55,906 nt of DNA from Sphaeroforma arctica JP610 (Eukaryota): NCBI RefSeq assembly GCF_001186125.1, contig NW_014040518.1, positions 60,604 through 116,509 on the forward strand. Direction: 5' to 3'. Within the stretch, counting starts at the first letter, position 1. Each line of letters begins with the position of its first letter. The position numbers were made by a program, and so were the translations under genes. This document shows positions 24,821-39,604 of the stretch, piece by piece. Under the pieces are notes generated by a model. That model was not told the DNA's origin and ran no database searches. It was given only the letters and a program-made list of their open reading frames with translations.

Positions 24821-26503
24821 TTAGGTCTAGTAGCTGAAGGATGTCTCCGGTCTGAACTCTGGACGAACCCATATAAATATTGTCGTAAATATATGCGATT
24901 ATCAACAAATTTAAATAATAATAATATGTACGTTCATCCGAAGGCTTTTTTGTTTAGAAAAGAAAAAAAACGGTATTGCGTGTGACGTGATTTCACAAAA
25001 ACAGCTTCGACTTTTCCAGGGTTCAGGGTTTACTTTCAATAAGTGTATTTAGGTATGTTGATTATTCAGGTATGTAAATATGTCTATGAGACTGGTGCCG
25101 TTGTTGGGAAACCCAAAACTAGGAGTAGCAAGACATGAAAAACCGCAGGACATCACAGCAAGAGAGATCCGTAGTAGGACACGCGCCGTTAAAAACATAT
25201 CACTCAGACAGATTTGCCAAACCCAAATATTGATATATCAACCTTGCCGTCCAACACCCGTACAAGAGTTGAACATCACCACCGAGGAAATCGCCAATTC
25301 CAGATCCGATCAGGAAGATGACGACAACTCCTGTGATTTCCAACACTACCTCTTCAGTAGGGGCGTTGAACGGCATAGTTGATGTTTCAAAGTTTCGGCA
25401 TTCGTAGGTTTATTTATACGGCGCGTGACCCACTACGAATCCTTTGCTGCGATGTCCCCTGGCGGTCCATGTTTTGCTACTTTTAATATTATATTTTCCA
25501 AGGGTACTTCCCATTGGTTTCGCTCCAATTGTACCCAATTACGAAAATCTTCCTGATTCCAAATTATACACAACCACGCGTGACAGTAGGCATAATAAAT
25601 GGCACAACATCTTGAGTTTCATACAAACCCTTGCCTCGATGTGCTTCGGATGAGTATGACAAGTCCATGAGGCTCATATACCTGTGTATGATAGAAAAAT
25701 TCCTTGAACATTATTCGACCGTTATAGATCGAATTCGACACTTGAAGTAAACAATCGGGAAATAACTCGGAGGTATTTTATTGTATATATATGACTGTAC
25801 ATAGTCACTAATTCACATTTCTAGTCCACCTCAACGTGTCAGTGATTAAGTCGGTAGTGATTGAGTTGGTGTCCACTTTCGGAGTCATGTATTACTAGCT
25901 TGCTGCGACAACTGGCGACCCGCTTGGTAACCTTGCAATTGACTTAATAAATTCTGACATATTTATAATGCTGCTTCATCCAGATTGTTGAAACGCACTT
26001 TTCCCTCAATTCTACCGTGGGCCCTACAATGTAAGAATAATCACAACTTGGAAGTACATCTGAAGCTCCTCAACTTCGTTGAGGATGTTTCTACTTATAT
26101 TGGTGACCCTAGGCCTTAGACAACTGATGTAAAAGCAATTTCAATATTCTTGACCATACCATTAGCCTTCTTCTCCGCGATTCTTTATCAATCTATATTT
26201 CGATCTCCAACACACCAAGTTCTCGTTTTCAGCACAGATCGCGCGAGTGATCACAAACCGCGCTGATACCACTGAAGCCCTTTAATGCTATATAGTGCTT
26301 GCGGATTCTTCACGATCGTTCATATAGATATGGACAGATCGATGGTGACATGTACATAAAAATTTGACATGTGTCCATTTATTGATTTTTATCATCGCTA
26401 TGGTGATTGAGTGTTGGTTTATCATCACGTTCTGTCGCGTCGCATGCTTTTTCTCATGCTTTTTATTTATCACTTTACTTCTAACCCTACATCTCAAGTA
26501 CAT

Positions 26504-29500
26504 TCACGTGGGCTGCACAGCAAGTGATCCGAAATTGTTGTTCCATTGCACGTACATTTCTAGTTCGCTCTGCGACACACTGGCTCTGACCTGCAATAGG
26601 GCCTCCTCGAAGTCACAGAAGCTCATTGGACGAACCTATACGACGAAATCAAGGACCGTACGGGTGAGACATGTTGCCTGGGATATAACATAACCGAAAC
26701 GTGAAAACAGCTCAGAGGCATAAATCATGCCCGCAGAAATTGACTTGCATGTTAGACAAGAGACGAAGACAACAGGAACTGTAAGCCATGGAGATCCGAT
26801 GCGCAAGTTTAGCATTGAACGATCGTGAAATCAAAGTGACATATAAACATATATGCATGAAAAGAACCCTAATAAAAATTGCATATAAAATCATCTCGGC
26901 ATGTGGGATTACGTCAGGCAAGCTATGCCACGTCTGAAGATCGGAAGAGCCACGTGTGAATGAGTGAATTGCAGATTCACAGATAATGAGAATGAGGCAG
27001 AGTACAGAAGTGTACCATGTGCACTCATCAGAGTAACGCAACATGTGGGTGCGCTCACCTGGTCAGCGGAGACGTTGCAGATGTCCTCGATGTTGCGGAT
27101 TGGTCCCAGGGCTGCTTCTTTGCAGAGATTACTTATGTCGGATCCAGAGTACCCTGTGGCGAAAAGGTTGGATAACCCCGTTGAACAATCGGTAGTACAC
27201 ACACAAGTGTAGAGTCGCGGGGGGAAGGCATGGGAGACCAACTACCCCGAAATAAGGTTAACCAAACCCATATATCAAATGTATGAACAGGCAAAGAGTG
27301 AGATTTGGGCGATCCTTCGATGCGAGGATGGCAATAAAGATTGAACGCAACAGGTATAGTCAAAGAATAAGTGACGTCAGCCAGGACACGTAGACCTCGA
27401 TGCATCTAGCACCCCTGTGCACTAAGTACCGACCGATACCACGATCACCGAGACATGCATGTATTCGGTAGTAGTTCTGCGTGCATCTACCCAAATGATG
27501 TACGGGAATCCTACAAGTATACTAGAATTGAACTAATTTAATTGTATTTTATGATGACCATTTGGCCATCGGCTAATATATCAAATACTCTTCTGAAGCA
27601 TTCTTAAGATTATACCGGTCGATATATCACATAGGTTTCTGCACGATGGTCCTAACAAGGGATGTCACACTGCGAAGACTCGCAGTCCGAGGTTGCGGAT
27701 GCATATCAAGAAAGCTCACGTGCATTGAAGGGAAGATAGGTACTTGGCGTATGGATCTCTCTGATCGGGCGAGTGCAAGCGCATGGCTTTTGTAGGCGTT
27801 GGTCACACAATTGTAAGCAAGCTTCCGTACAACTACGGGTACTGCACTTTTAAATTCGAAACCGTGTGATCGAGTGGTGTTGCGTATATACCTACCTTTG
27901 GTTTTCTGTACCAGAGCTTCAAGCTCTTCAGGCGTCAAACTATGGGCTTGCGAAGCAAGAACGATGTCAAACAGCTGTTGTCGACCCTCTGAAAAAGAAT
28001 GAAACAAAGGACGTGGCTTCAGATGTTTATCGTTTGGTTTTCATAGGCCGACAGAGAATAGAGATATCAAAATAGGAGGAAAGCTGAATATGACACAGGC
28101 ACAATTATGCGAAAAACGAACGTGTCGGACTACTACGACATCAATTGACAGCAACGAGTCAATGGATACTCGTCGTTGGATCACAAACCGAATACATTTC
28201 AGTGATGAGATCGAATTTTTAAATTTAAGAACGCTTGATTTCATGCTATTCTGCAACAAGAGTTTGTATCGTACTCTCATATTTTCCGTACAGTAGCTCC
28301 TGTGTAAAAATGCAAAATCCGTGAATGTAATCGTTCACACCGAGGTATCGAATATACACCTATTCGGTCTCGTGTAGATGCATGAAAAGACAACTCTACC
28401 ATGGCTGCAATTAGTCTACGATATACATTAAGGTTCGGTTATACCTGTAATTGTTGATGTACCACCTTATACATACATTATGAGCATACACAGGCGAACG
28501 CAACAATTATCGGCAGGTTTTTTTAATATAGGTACATCCGAATGAAAGTACTTTAAAATTGCTGCGGCAAGCCAGTCCGTTTACTCACGACACATATAGA
28601 TCTTCTAAAATCCATCTCCGGGGACATATAAATGACAAACTCTCACCTTTATCAGGCAATGGAATATACAATCTCTTCACCAGTCGCCTGCGTGCAGCGT
28701 CATCGATTTCCTGAGGCAAATTTGTCGCACCGACCAATAGGATGCGATCATCGGCACTTGTGGCTGCCCCATCCAATTGCACCAGAAATTCAGTCTTGAT
28801 ACGCCGGGACGATTCATGTTCGGTACTAGTAGTCGGCAACCGTGGCAGGATGAAAATGCGCCATATTTGTATAACGAGTGTGAAACGTGTGTGAGGGCTA
28901 TCATAGGTCATAGCTACATGCCGGGTGTGTACATATTAAACAATGGCACAGATCTAAAACCAGCCAGCTACTATCATAAGTAGACGACTATAACCACAGT
29001 GACAACGCGTTGGTGTGATATGCGAGGAAGACACAGCACCGTAAGATGAAGATTTGTGGCTCAATGAGCTGCAAATTAGATAAAGGTTTTACAATTTTTT
29101 CGTGTCTCTGCTGAGTATACAACTGCGAGAGCCCAAACGCATACGAAGATGAGCTGTTAAAACACCTCCTTCAAAATACATGTGTGTGCATATGTGTGTA
29201 AACACAAGCTCCTATGTGTGTCGTAAAACGCAATTTTCATCCATTTGTATGATCTAGCTCTAAATCCATGCAACGTGCTCTAAACACAGCCAAGGCGGTA
29301 TTTATAAAGTAATCACACGTATCATCGGATCACTAAAGGCAGATCACCAGTATACTTAGAAAGTAAGGTCCTTCTGACTTACCATCAATTTTGAAATACG
29401 GTTTAAAATGAGAGGTACCATCAAATTAACAATGTGTGACTCACCTGCTCCTAGTCGACAACAGAGAGTCGATTTCATCGACAAATATGACGGCCGGCTG

Positions 29501-32500
29501 GTGAATCCTAGCCACAGCAAACAGTGCTCGCACCATCTTCTCACCCTCGCCCACCCACTTGGAGGTGAGCGATGACGCTGAGATGCTGAAGAACGTCGCC
29601 TTGGACTGCGAGGCAATGCACTTGCCAATCAGAGTCTTGCCTGTGCCTGGAGGACCAAACAGTAGGATGCCCTTTGGTGGTCCCCTGTGGGTATGGTTCA
29701 AGTAAGGAACAGATGGAATGGGATGTATGTGATGTGAAAGAATCTTTTTTGGCAGATGATCAATATTTGAGCACGATAAGCTGATTGACTGATCGGATAT
29801 GGTCGCTGGCATAAATTAATGTGATAGCAATTGAGCATATCTGTACAAGTGACCACATCATTGCCCGCGGAGCTTGTAGACTACAACTGACTATAGTATG
29901 AGGACAAATTAAGATAACTAGCTGGCACGTCGGCGAGTATGATTTCCACGCGAGCTAGAGAACAAATACGATATATTTCTATGCGTTAAGTGACATGTAC
30001 GACCAACTGAATATAACAGTACAATTGCTTGCCATACCAAATAAGATTTCAGCATACCCAAAGCGCTATAACGAGTTTTTTCTAAAACGCTACCTGAGGT
30101 CAATCTTGAGATACAGGGCGGCCACCCCTCTGTGTTAACACATATCAACGCATATAGTTTGTCTTCGATCGTACATCACTTCACTGGTCGCCAGTACTCT
30201 CCAGCTGGTATACAGTTTGGAGGTGTAAGCACACCCTATCAAAACCATCAGCTTTGCAAGACAATCTACCCCAATACTATACCATAATTTCGTGAGGTTC
30301 TCCAAAACTAGTCTATTTAAGTGTTGTCAGTGACAGTTGACTTGTTGACAAGCTTTCATCCATTTATAAGACCATAACCCAATAACATTACATACCTGAG
30401 TCCAGTGAATATGTCCGGCCGGAGCAGTGGCCATACTACAATTTCCAAGATTGTTTTCTTGGCGTGTTTCAATCCCGCAATGTCATTCCAGTCAATACCG
30501 GGACCAGTGTCCATAATCTCGTTCATAATCATCTCAACAATCTTGGGGTCCAGGCCCTTAAGGCGCTCATCCATCTCCACTTCTGCACTGCCTGTGTTGA
30601 TTGTATCCTCACTGTCTCCGCCATTTCGTAGCAGTGGTGGCACAAACTTATTATTCCCGTTTCTTCGGCCCCCTAATGAGCGCTTGCCAGAGGCACCATT
30701 GTTGGTAATGTTGTTGTTGCTGCTGACCTGAGGTACTCGTGTGGTGCCATTTTTTATGTTCGCTTGATGTAGCATAGCCGCTGTTTTGAATGTGTTTGTA
30801 CTCATGTTTGTGTTGTTATTCCCATTTGCATTGCCGGTCGTACCCTTGACAATGGTACTGTCAGCGGTGCCTTTGTTGTTACCGCCTACTGTGTGCGCAA
30901 TCGATTGATATCGGCTATTGGTGGTGAATGATGCGCCATTGCCTGTTTGCGACCTCACATCGGTGGGCGTGCTGGCGTTTACACTACTCTTCACCGTCGC
31001 TTTGTTCCTTCTCTGTGTACTCCCGTCTTTGCCACGTGTGTGTGCATCTCTCCCATGAGTGTTCCCATCGTGACCGTTTGCAGACGCAGCTGCTCTATCG
31101 TTCATGTGCACTGATGCACGGTGTCTGTGTGTGCCCTGTGTGTACACCCTGGCATCGTTTGCCCTCTCCATTTCGCGCACGCTGTTTAAAGCAGCTCTTC
31201 TTCCTAAATTTGTATGCGTTTCCCCACTTTCTAGATTCATATGCCCAAAATCTCTATCTGCGCCGTTACCAACGTGTGCGTTCTGCAAGTTCCTGGATGC
31301 ATCATCCACATATGCTTCACCCATGGTCTTGAATGACTTGCACCTTCGTGGCTCCATTTGGTGTGTCTCCTGTGAGTACACCATCTCGCGTGCGTCTTGT
31401 GAGTGTTCTATTACATCGTCGCAATTGGTGCGCCGTAGATGCTGCTGTTGATTTCGCCCATCTTTTGTATTATCAAACGGCTTCCTATTGGAGCTAAAAA
31501 GAAGACATACACAATATGAATTTCGACATATGGATTATAGAATTGAATAGCCTACGTAAAGGCAATACGCATGGCAGAACGACCCTCACAGTGGAGAGAC
31601 GCTATTTGGCACTGTCACCTGGCACAAGTGGGCCAAAAATGAGTGCAAAAAGATTATAATTTGCAGGATACGAAAATTCCCAAGCTGAAACCCCGTCAAA
31701 GTCGCGCCTCTCTCCTAGAGAGTTCTAATATATATCAGAAAAGAACGAATTATCAGAAATGCCTTTATCATCGGGCTCAAATCGCAATTGCTCCGACTGA
31801 AACAAATGAGGCAAATTTTTCTCAATGTTATGATACAGAATAACTCTCTAGTTCATCAGTGAGAAACGAAAAAGAATGATATTCATTACTACAGTTGACA
31901 ACATGTGCTCTTTTGCGCATGGAAGCACATCAACACCAACACCCTCACCCTCACACTGATTGATACAGTGGTTAGGCGGACCGCGCACGTTATTTACACC
32001 ATGTCCTATGAAATGAATAATAATAAAAATACTTTTTCCGAACTACCAAAACGAACCAGGTGTTAACGCAAGGCATCATCTTACACGCATCAAGGTAGCC
32101 AGCTATCGACAAAGTCCTTCATGACACTCCCTAAAACAATTTTAAAGTAAACAAAAACTCTACGTAATCGAAAGAAATCAACGAAATGATACCTGTTGTC
32201 GCTGGTTTGTTTGCACAGCTTGTTGAAATGTCTCGTGGTGGAGATGCGGGTGGCCTGGTCTTTTCCCTTGCTCTGGATTAGTCCCTGGCCCTGTTCATTT
32301 CCCCCCACTAGTGCTGTGTCTCTGTGGTTGCCAGTGTCCGCGTACATGTCATCGATTGACAGTCCACCATTCCGCCTGCTCACACCTGTAGTGCTCCCAA
32401 GGCTGTCCTTGGGGCTGTCGCTGTCCTGTGTGCGCTTTCCGTTCTTCAGCATTGCTCTTGTAGTCCCGTGCGAGTCCCTCCCACTAGTAGTATGCACCCC

Positions 32501-35493
32501 TGCTCCATCTCGCGCACCAGTAGCACGATCGTCAGGTGAGCCCTTACTAGGATTTTCCTCATGAACATGTCTACTCTTCCTTATGTGGGGACTTATACTT
32601 TGTCTGCGAGATTGTTCAGTCCGCAGTTGCTGCTTCGGTGTTCTATTGCTTTCGGCAATACCTCGTTCCCTCGCAGCGGGAGATTTAGTAGGCGCAGTGG
32701 AATCAATGGGTGTGAGAGCGCTTGTGATATCGCGCTCCGGGACGGGTACGACCGAATCAAGCACATTGGCGTGGTCTGTGGAGATATTCATGCGGAGATC
32801 TTCAGTCTCGTCTACGTGAATGGTGAAAGACTCATCATCTACATCGATACACATGATATCACCCTTAGATCGATGTTGTTGTTTATGTTTCTTCTGCTGC
32901 TGCTTCTGTCTGTGCTCTTGTTGTTGTTGTTGCATATGGCGCTGTTGCTGATGTTGCTGGTGTTGCTCCCTACTATCCTGCTGTTGTTTCTGTTGTTGTT
33001 GCTGCTGTTGTTTTTGTTCTTGTTTCTGTACGGAGGTTTCTAGAGTCTGCGCTTTCTCAATATTCGATGTGCTGCTCTTGTTAGCGCTGGGACCGGCAGC
33101 GAGGACACTCGACGAGGGATTTCTAGTCAGCTTGACTTTGGGCACCGAATCAGTACATTCCTGAAAGTCAACAGAAAAAAACCCCAGAAAATAAATAAAC
33201 GGTACATAAGAAGGGGCTGTCCGGCATGATACGAGTATGAGAAGGATTGGATGTACAATGAATTCGGTGCACATGATAATTGGCCTATCGGGAAGAATGC
33301 GGGATGCCGTGTATTGAACAAGAAAAACGAAACAGCTTGCTTGTAAACAAGGCGAATAAACCCAGAATCTTCCGCAACTTTAATCAGTAAAATGAAGCAC
33401 AATACAAAAAGGCTGGGAGAAAACATCTGCACGCATTTGAATATGAGCCGTATACAGCGGTTTGCGCACATTAATTGTCGGAACCATGAGGTTTACAAGA
33501 ACACGAACCTTGAGGAAAGGGTGTAGTTGCTGTATAGTATCCCAAGTCATGGTGGACTTTACGTCGATGATGCCCGCTCTGATTGCCTCGTTATCTTTCG
33601 GCAGCTTCATTGCGACTCTCTCGGCGTATATGTTGACTATATGCGACCGTATGAAGGCATCAAATGGTAAAGCGAATTGAATTAGGTACGAAACAATTCT
33701 TGAAAACTCTATATCGTCCGGTCTCATTAGCGATCAACAAAAAAAAAGAGCTGCTGTACTCAACATGCACAATTGTAAGCTATATTCTCGACAACAGATG
33801 TCATCGAACTATGTCAATCTAACATTTCCTCTCAAGGCACGCCATTGCTTACACCATACAACACATCTGTGTATTCTGACTTTCGGGAGTCTTTGCGATA
33901 AGACCCAAACGTTACACCACGTTACTTTGCTGGATTGTACAACTGGTCACAATGAGCATCTACAAGGCAACTTCAAGATTGGAGTTACGAAGTGGCACTT
34001 CAGTTTAACCGTATTGGCTATAGGCGCTTCTACACAAGCACCGCATTTTCAGATGGTAAAATGCTACTGGATGACCCAGCAGATACTAGGGAGAAACATA
34101 GTGTTAAACTAGAGTCCCCCATGTGGGAGACTACGAAAGGCCGAATTATAAATAGACATACCTGGATTGTTGTCCACCATAGTGTGATATGTGTCAAGAC
34201 TGTCGTTCAGAGCCCCCAACCAATCCTGCGAGGCATCAACACCCTTGTCCACAGCCGTTCTATGCCGAACGATACATAGCATGGTATTAGTGACTGCACA
34301 GTGTCGGTGATCAAACAATTGATTTTAACGACTGCCTGGGCATAGAGCAGGTGCTCCGTCGATCTGAGTCTACTAGAGTATGTAATTGATAAAGTATGCA
34401 ATACGTAGTCTTGCCTGTGGATCTATGCCTGCGTTTCATCCAAGCCCCAGCCCACATTGAATCACCATGTGATAAGGGTATCAATTATTATTGTCTGACC
34501 GCCAGATTCTATTTCAAAAATCACATCGCATCGCCTCCAATGCGTGGTCATATCGAGCGCGGCACTGCACACCCCTCCCGAAGTTATTAAGTTTGCTTGT
34601 AAGCTTCCATCTGCTTCCAATGCGCACAAGCGCACATAGGTACTCATGTACAAGCTACATTGCGATCTCTGACACGAAGGACCATTCATCTTCAGCGTAT
34701 TGATACACATGCAAGCAGCTACACGAATTTTGCTGTCAGACTATTTCAAGCATAAGCAGAACACGCTCACTGAAGTCGCAAAATAAAACAGCCGTATAAC
34801 AAACACGCAATGCCACTTGACTGTATATTTTAGACATATTAAATTGTACAAAATAGAGTTAGCTTTGATACAAGAGGCCAGATCTGTCAAACTTTCGAGC
34901 AAACCAGCAAAACTGGCCAGTGCAGATACGCACAACTTACAAGGTTGTAATATTCATAAATACACAGATACAAGGAAGCTATCATGTAACCAACGCAGAA
35001 TTACGCAGGCAAATAGCATATGCAAACACATTACACTGGTTTAGAAGAGACATAAATCGGCATTCGCAGAGTATTCCCGTGCATCCTAACAACAGAGATC
35101 AAATGAGCCTGACACCGTTATCGTGAATAATCGAATACAGCTGTCTACAACCACAGTATATGGATGCGCAGATGTTATTTTCTAGATGTACTCTTGAACT
35201 ATCTTCTCTGTCGGTATATCGAGCACAAATGATGGCACAGTATACGACAATCGGCACAAGATCCAACTTCGCCTAGCTTGGCATGCGTTCTCAGTGCATC
35301 AACTATGTACTCACCCTACTCGCTCGCACATCTAAATAGAAAATACATACCTGGCACGAGATCCATTGAGTAGGAATAATGCTGAACGTTGCGAATCGAT
35401 TTGCGATTCAATGTCTGGGTCTGCTGCTTTGACGGCGAAGTGCAGAGTTTGCCATTCGTGCAGCAACATGATATCCTCTCGGGTGAACTCCAT
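26504..35493 (-). CDS. FIGNL1: Fidgetin-like protein 1 (AAA+ ATPase), about 1057 aa; exons 35493-35351, 34259-34162, 33636-33509, 33160-32193, 31493-30396, 29684-29445, 28825-28647, 27988-27896, 27153-27059, 26635-26504
   Basis: AAA domain with [20 protein letters not shown] (Walker A), pore loop [17 protein letters not shown] (Walker B), [32 protein letters not shown] and a Vps4_C-type end ([10 protein letters not shown]). FIGNL1-type FKTA and KRSLG...KFVPP motifs lie upstream of the AAA domain, and the N-terminus has HEWQ..HF and NIYAE. Ten exons are phase-consistent (3174 nt). Confidence 0.9.
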
Positions 35494-35888
35494 CGTGCAC
35501 ACCCGCACTAACCGATACCTTCCCACTTATGTTTATGTTTTGTTACCTCCGTAGTTCATTATATAAGTAGATACCAGTTTAACTTGTATGGCTGTGCTGG
35601 ATACTGCTCTGGGGATGGAACGTACAGTGCCTACAGCTATCCAACTTCGGAAATTGTCGATGCTCGCTGCTGAAATGCATGTGCAGACACACCTCTCTGC
35701 AACGGCTACACAGTGGCAACAGTACTAACCTTGTACACTCTCTTATTCTAAATGGTCAACTTCTATTTAGTGTGAAAAATGAGCAGTCTGGCTATCGAAT
35801 ACCTCGTATGTGTGTTATTACTTATTTACATGCGTTCCACTATCGTGTGCGATCAATATCAATCAAACGACCATCACGCATTTGCCAA

Positions 35889-35951
35889 GCCCGCCAAAAT
35901 GGATGGCCTACTAAAAGTTATTTACAGTACCGATTTGAAGATTTGGCGCGC
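35889..35951. promoter_or_regulatory. Candidate E2F sites plus CHR-like element upstream of FIGNL1
   Basis: GCCCGCCAAAA (35889-35899; TTTTGGCGGGC on the minus strand), TTTGAA (35934-35939) and TTTGGCGCGC (35942-35951), about 400-460 bp upstream of the FIGNL1 ATG. Confidence 0.45.
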
Positions 35952-37088
35952 TTTCGCAGCATTTGAGGAGAAAAAAATATATAAATAAAAACTCGAACAA
36001 ATATCTCCACTGCCAGCCACAAGAATATGACGAGTCGTCACATTTTTTATATATCCAATTGGCCCACCAGAGGCCAGTGCCCGTCCAAAATCTTGAATTG
36101 CTGTACCAGAGGCAATGTTTCGGACATTCGGTATATAGTAAATACATACAGTGAAATAAATAAAAATGTTTTTTTCCAAACAACAAAAAGGTCGCAGAGC
36201 TAACCTCGGCTCAAACCGATTTCCGTTAAGACTTATATAAATCGAAGAAAAAAATACGTTTAAATCGAATAAATACACGGCCCTTTTTATGCTCATAGAT
36301 GCACCTTGTGGGTCTACAAATTTAGATCTGTAGTGCTTTCACTATAAAAACTTGTCCTATAGAAGAACTTAGGTAGGGCTTTTTTCTTCTTCTACTATAA
36401 CCGTTTTAACATTTTAAAATTGAATAAATATGCGTTTACATTCAATTACTATTCCATACGGTCCATACCTCCTGACTGTCCTGAGTCTCTATATTGTAAT
36501 GAGCCTGTGTGCTTAGTCGCAAAGTACATGTTATTTTTTTTTTTTAAGCATGGTTGTATTGGTTGGTGATCTATAAATTGTAAATATGATCGTGATTCGT
36601 GAAACAAATTTAAAAAAAAGCACGAAATCTACTGCTGCATCTGAAAAATTTAAAAACAATTTATTCCAAAAACTTCCAGCCAATAAAGAAAACCCTAAAA
36701 CCAGAGTCAGAGGAGTCGGAAGCTCGGATTTAGTATTTATTAGTATTTACTGTTTCTATCATAGCCTTCTAAATCAAACAACAGTTTACCATTTCTAGTA
36801 TTTAGTATTTAGTATTTAGTTAAAAAACAAATATATATATATAAATACTATGTATATGTATTTATGTAATACATACGTATTGTATTTTTAATTTTACTAA
36901 CAATTTTAGTATTGTCTTTCAGTATTTAGTCAGTACGAGCCTATGAGGAGTTGAGGGCTGTGAGTCTCAGTCACAGTCTCACCGAATCTCAGTGTCTGTG
37001 TCTCACATGACGGGACTCCACAGGCCAGACAGCCAGTCACAGAGACACCGTTCACGTCTGACGTCACAGCTTACACAAGAGTCCAGGA

Positions 37089-37124
<36 letters not shown>

Positions 37125-37785
37125 CTAAATACATAGAAACAGAGAGGGTAGAGAGAACGAAAGACTGAAACAGAATGACAGAAAGAGACTACATACATAT
37201 GCTCTGTGACTCTTTTGGTATCCGACAACGACAGAAGAGATACCCTTTTGTAGAAAAATCAAAAATGCCGCCGCGATATGTCTGACAAGTGATCTGACAA
37301 AATGTCGTGCCGACACATCTGACATGTCCTTTGCCAAATGTCGGGTTTTTTTACCAGCCCAGAGTACATATGAGACTGGAGAGTGGAGACAGAGTCAGGA
37401 TTCAGGACATAAGTGGACAACTCTGGACAAGAGTTTAGAGTACATTGTGGAGTCGAGGACACTGGACTATTTTTTAACAAAAAATGGCTTTATTGTAATC
37501 ATATTTTGAAGAAAAAAACTAAAAACTGGGAGGGTGGACTGTCACTGTGTCAGTGACTCACCGACTCAGGACTCAGGACTGTGTTTGTGGGCCTGTCATT
37601 CTGTGCTACTGTGGAGTGTGGACTGTGGAGTATGGATTTTTATCCTGTATGGATATCCTCTCTGGAGTCTGGGCCTCTGGGGTGGGCTACGTATCACTAT
37701 CATGGGCTACGTATTTATCACTATCATCAGTCTATCAGGCGTTAGCTGTGGGCGGTGGGCCTGTGCCGTCACTGCCGCCCACAGG

Positions 37786-37843
37786 GCCTGTTGGCCTGTT
37801 GGCCTGTTGGCCTGTTGGCCTGTTGGCCTGTGGGCCTGTGGGC
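37786..37843. repeat. 8-bp tandem repeat (ggcctgtt)n
   Basis: About 7 copies. Confidence 0.85.
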
Positions 37844-38063
37844 TGAGGCAGTGTGATTAATTGTCGGTGCACTGGTGACTGGTAAATAAATACACTTTGT
37901 GATATTTTTTTGTTTGATTATTTTTATTTATTTTAAAAGGAAAAGAGGTCCAATTTTGGGCAACTAAAATTAAATATCTGCAGCAACTGACGAGTGGCAG
38001 TCATAATTACAGTGCGCCCATCACGGCGTTTAAAAGTCTCAACAGACACACTAAAAGGTAAGA

Positions 38064-38838
38064 ATGACGGGCAAGCCACCCTCGCGGTCACGGTCGCCTA
38101 TCTTGTCGGTCACGGTGCCACTTGAGCAGAGTGTTTCGATGACTAAGGTGTTGAATGGAGTAGATACACCCTTAGATGACACTCAGCCTAGCGTCTATGA
38201 GGCCGTCATTCTCCTGAAAGGTTTGTCTGCTGCACCGCCGTGTTTGTGGGTGCGTGCCTTGTCTGGTGTATGACATGTATCTCCGTACAGAGAGTTCGAT
38301 AGTAGCTATATCATCGGTAGAGAAATCATGAATTGGACTAAACATATATGGACTTCATAATTTGTAGTTTGGCGAGTTGTAAGGATACTGAGCAGTAAAA
38401 AAGAGGTGTGCATTGGTTTAATACTCGGCCGGCTTTACTTGCGGTTTGATCGTAAGTAACGTATCTATACACTGATGACTATTCAAATGCAGAAGTGCAA
38501 GGGAAAGATTCATTTATGATTTTTATTCAGCTCTCGATTGACCAACAGGCAGAACAAGACCATTGATGGCTTACACAAGCATTTATCAGATATCTATAAT
38601 TAATTGTACAAACTGAATGCGCAAACAGGATTTGTGTATAATGGTACCACTTCCCACTTCCGATAGAAATATGATTTTGTTTTATGTACCCGGACGTGCT
38701 TGAAAACACTGTATATATATACTACTCTTCGAGACTACTAGTGAGTATAGCATAAAGTATATATATATGTATATGTATATATATATTATATATAGTGTAA
38801 CAATAAATAAAATATATAGTAATAATAGAAGATTTGTA

Positions 38839-38903
<65 letters not shown>

Positions 38904-39128
38904 TATATATATTATAAATGTATTCATGTACATTTATGTATGTTTATATGGACACGGACACAGATAAAGACACATATGCACATAAACACTTAAACACACA
39001 CACACGTATATATACATATATATATATAAGTGCATATGTATATATCTATATCTATATGCATATCCATATATCTACTCTTGCACACACATATATATTTATA
39101 CAGATACACACACACACACGCACGTACG

Positions 39129-39170
<42 letters not shown>

Positions 39171-39561
39171 AAATGCATATATATACATATATAATTCTAA
39201 AGGCAACACCATGAGCTTACTAAAACTTTACAAACCCCTGCATGATATGTTCTGTAGGTCGGCTGGGACGCACGTGGTCTGAGCGATACTGCATTCTCAA
39301 TGCACAGTCGTATATGCTCGTCTACCGTAAACTAGGAAGCAATGGGTCTCCGCTACTCACCTTCAAGATACAAAGTGGGGCTCTCTGCACCATAACTGGT
39401 ATGTATGAAATACTCAAACGGACACGGGCACACACACACATACACACACATACACGCAAATACACATATATACACACGCCCACGCACACGCACACACACA
39501 CACACGCACACACACGCGCAAATACACATATACACACGTCCGCGCACACGCACACACACAA

Positions 39562-39604
<43 letters not shown>

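Noticed and set aside
25080..26280. Short ORFs and coding-like fragments between the BED relic and FIGNL1
   Set aside because: Frequent stops in all frames, no recognisable motif and no consistent splice model.
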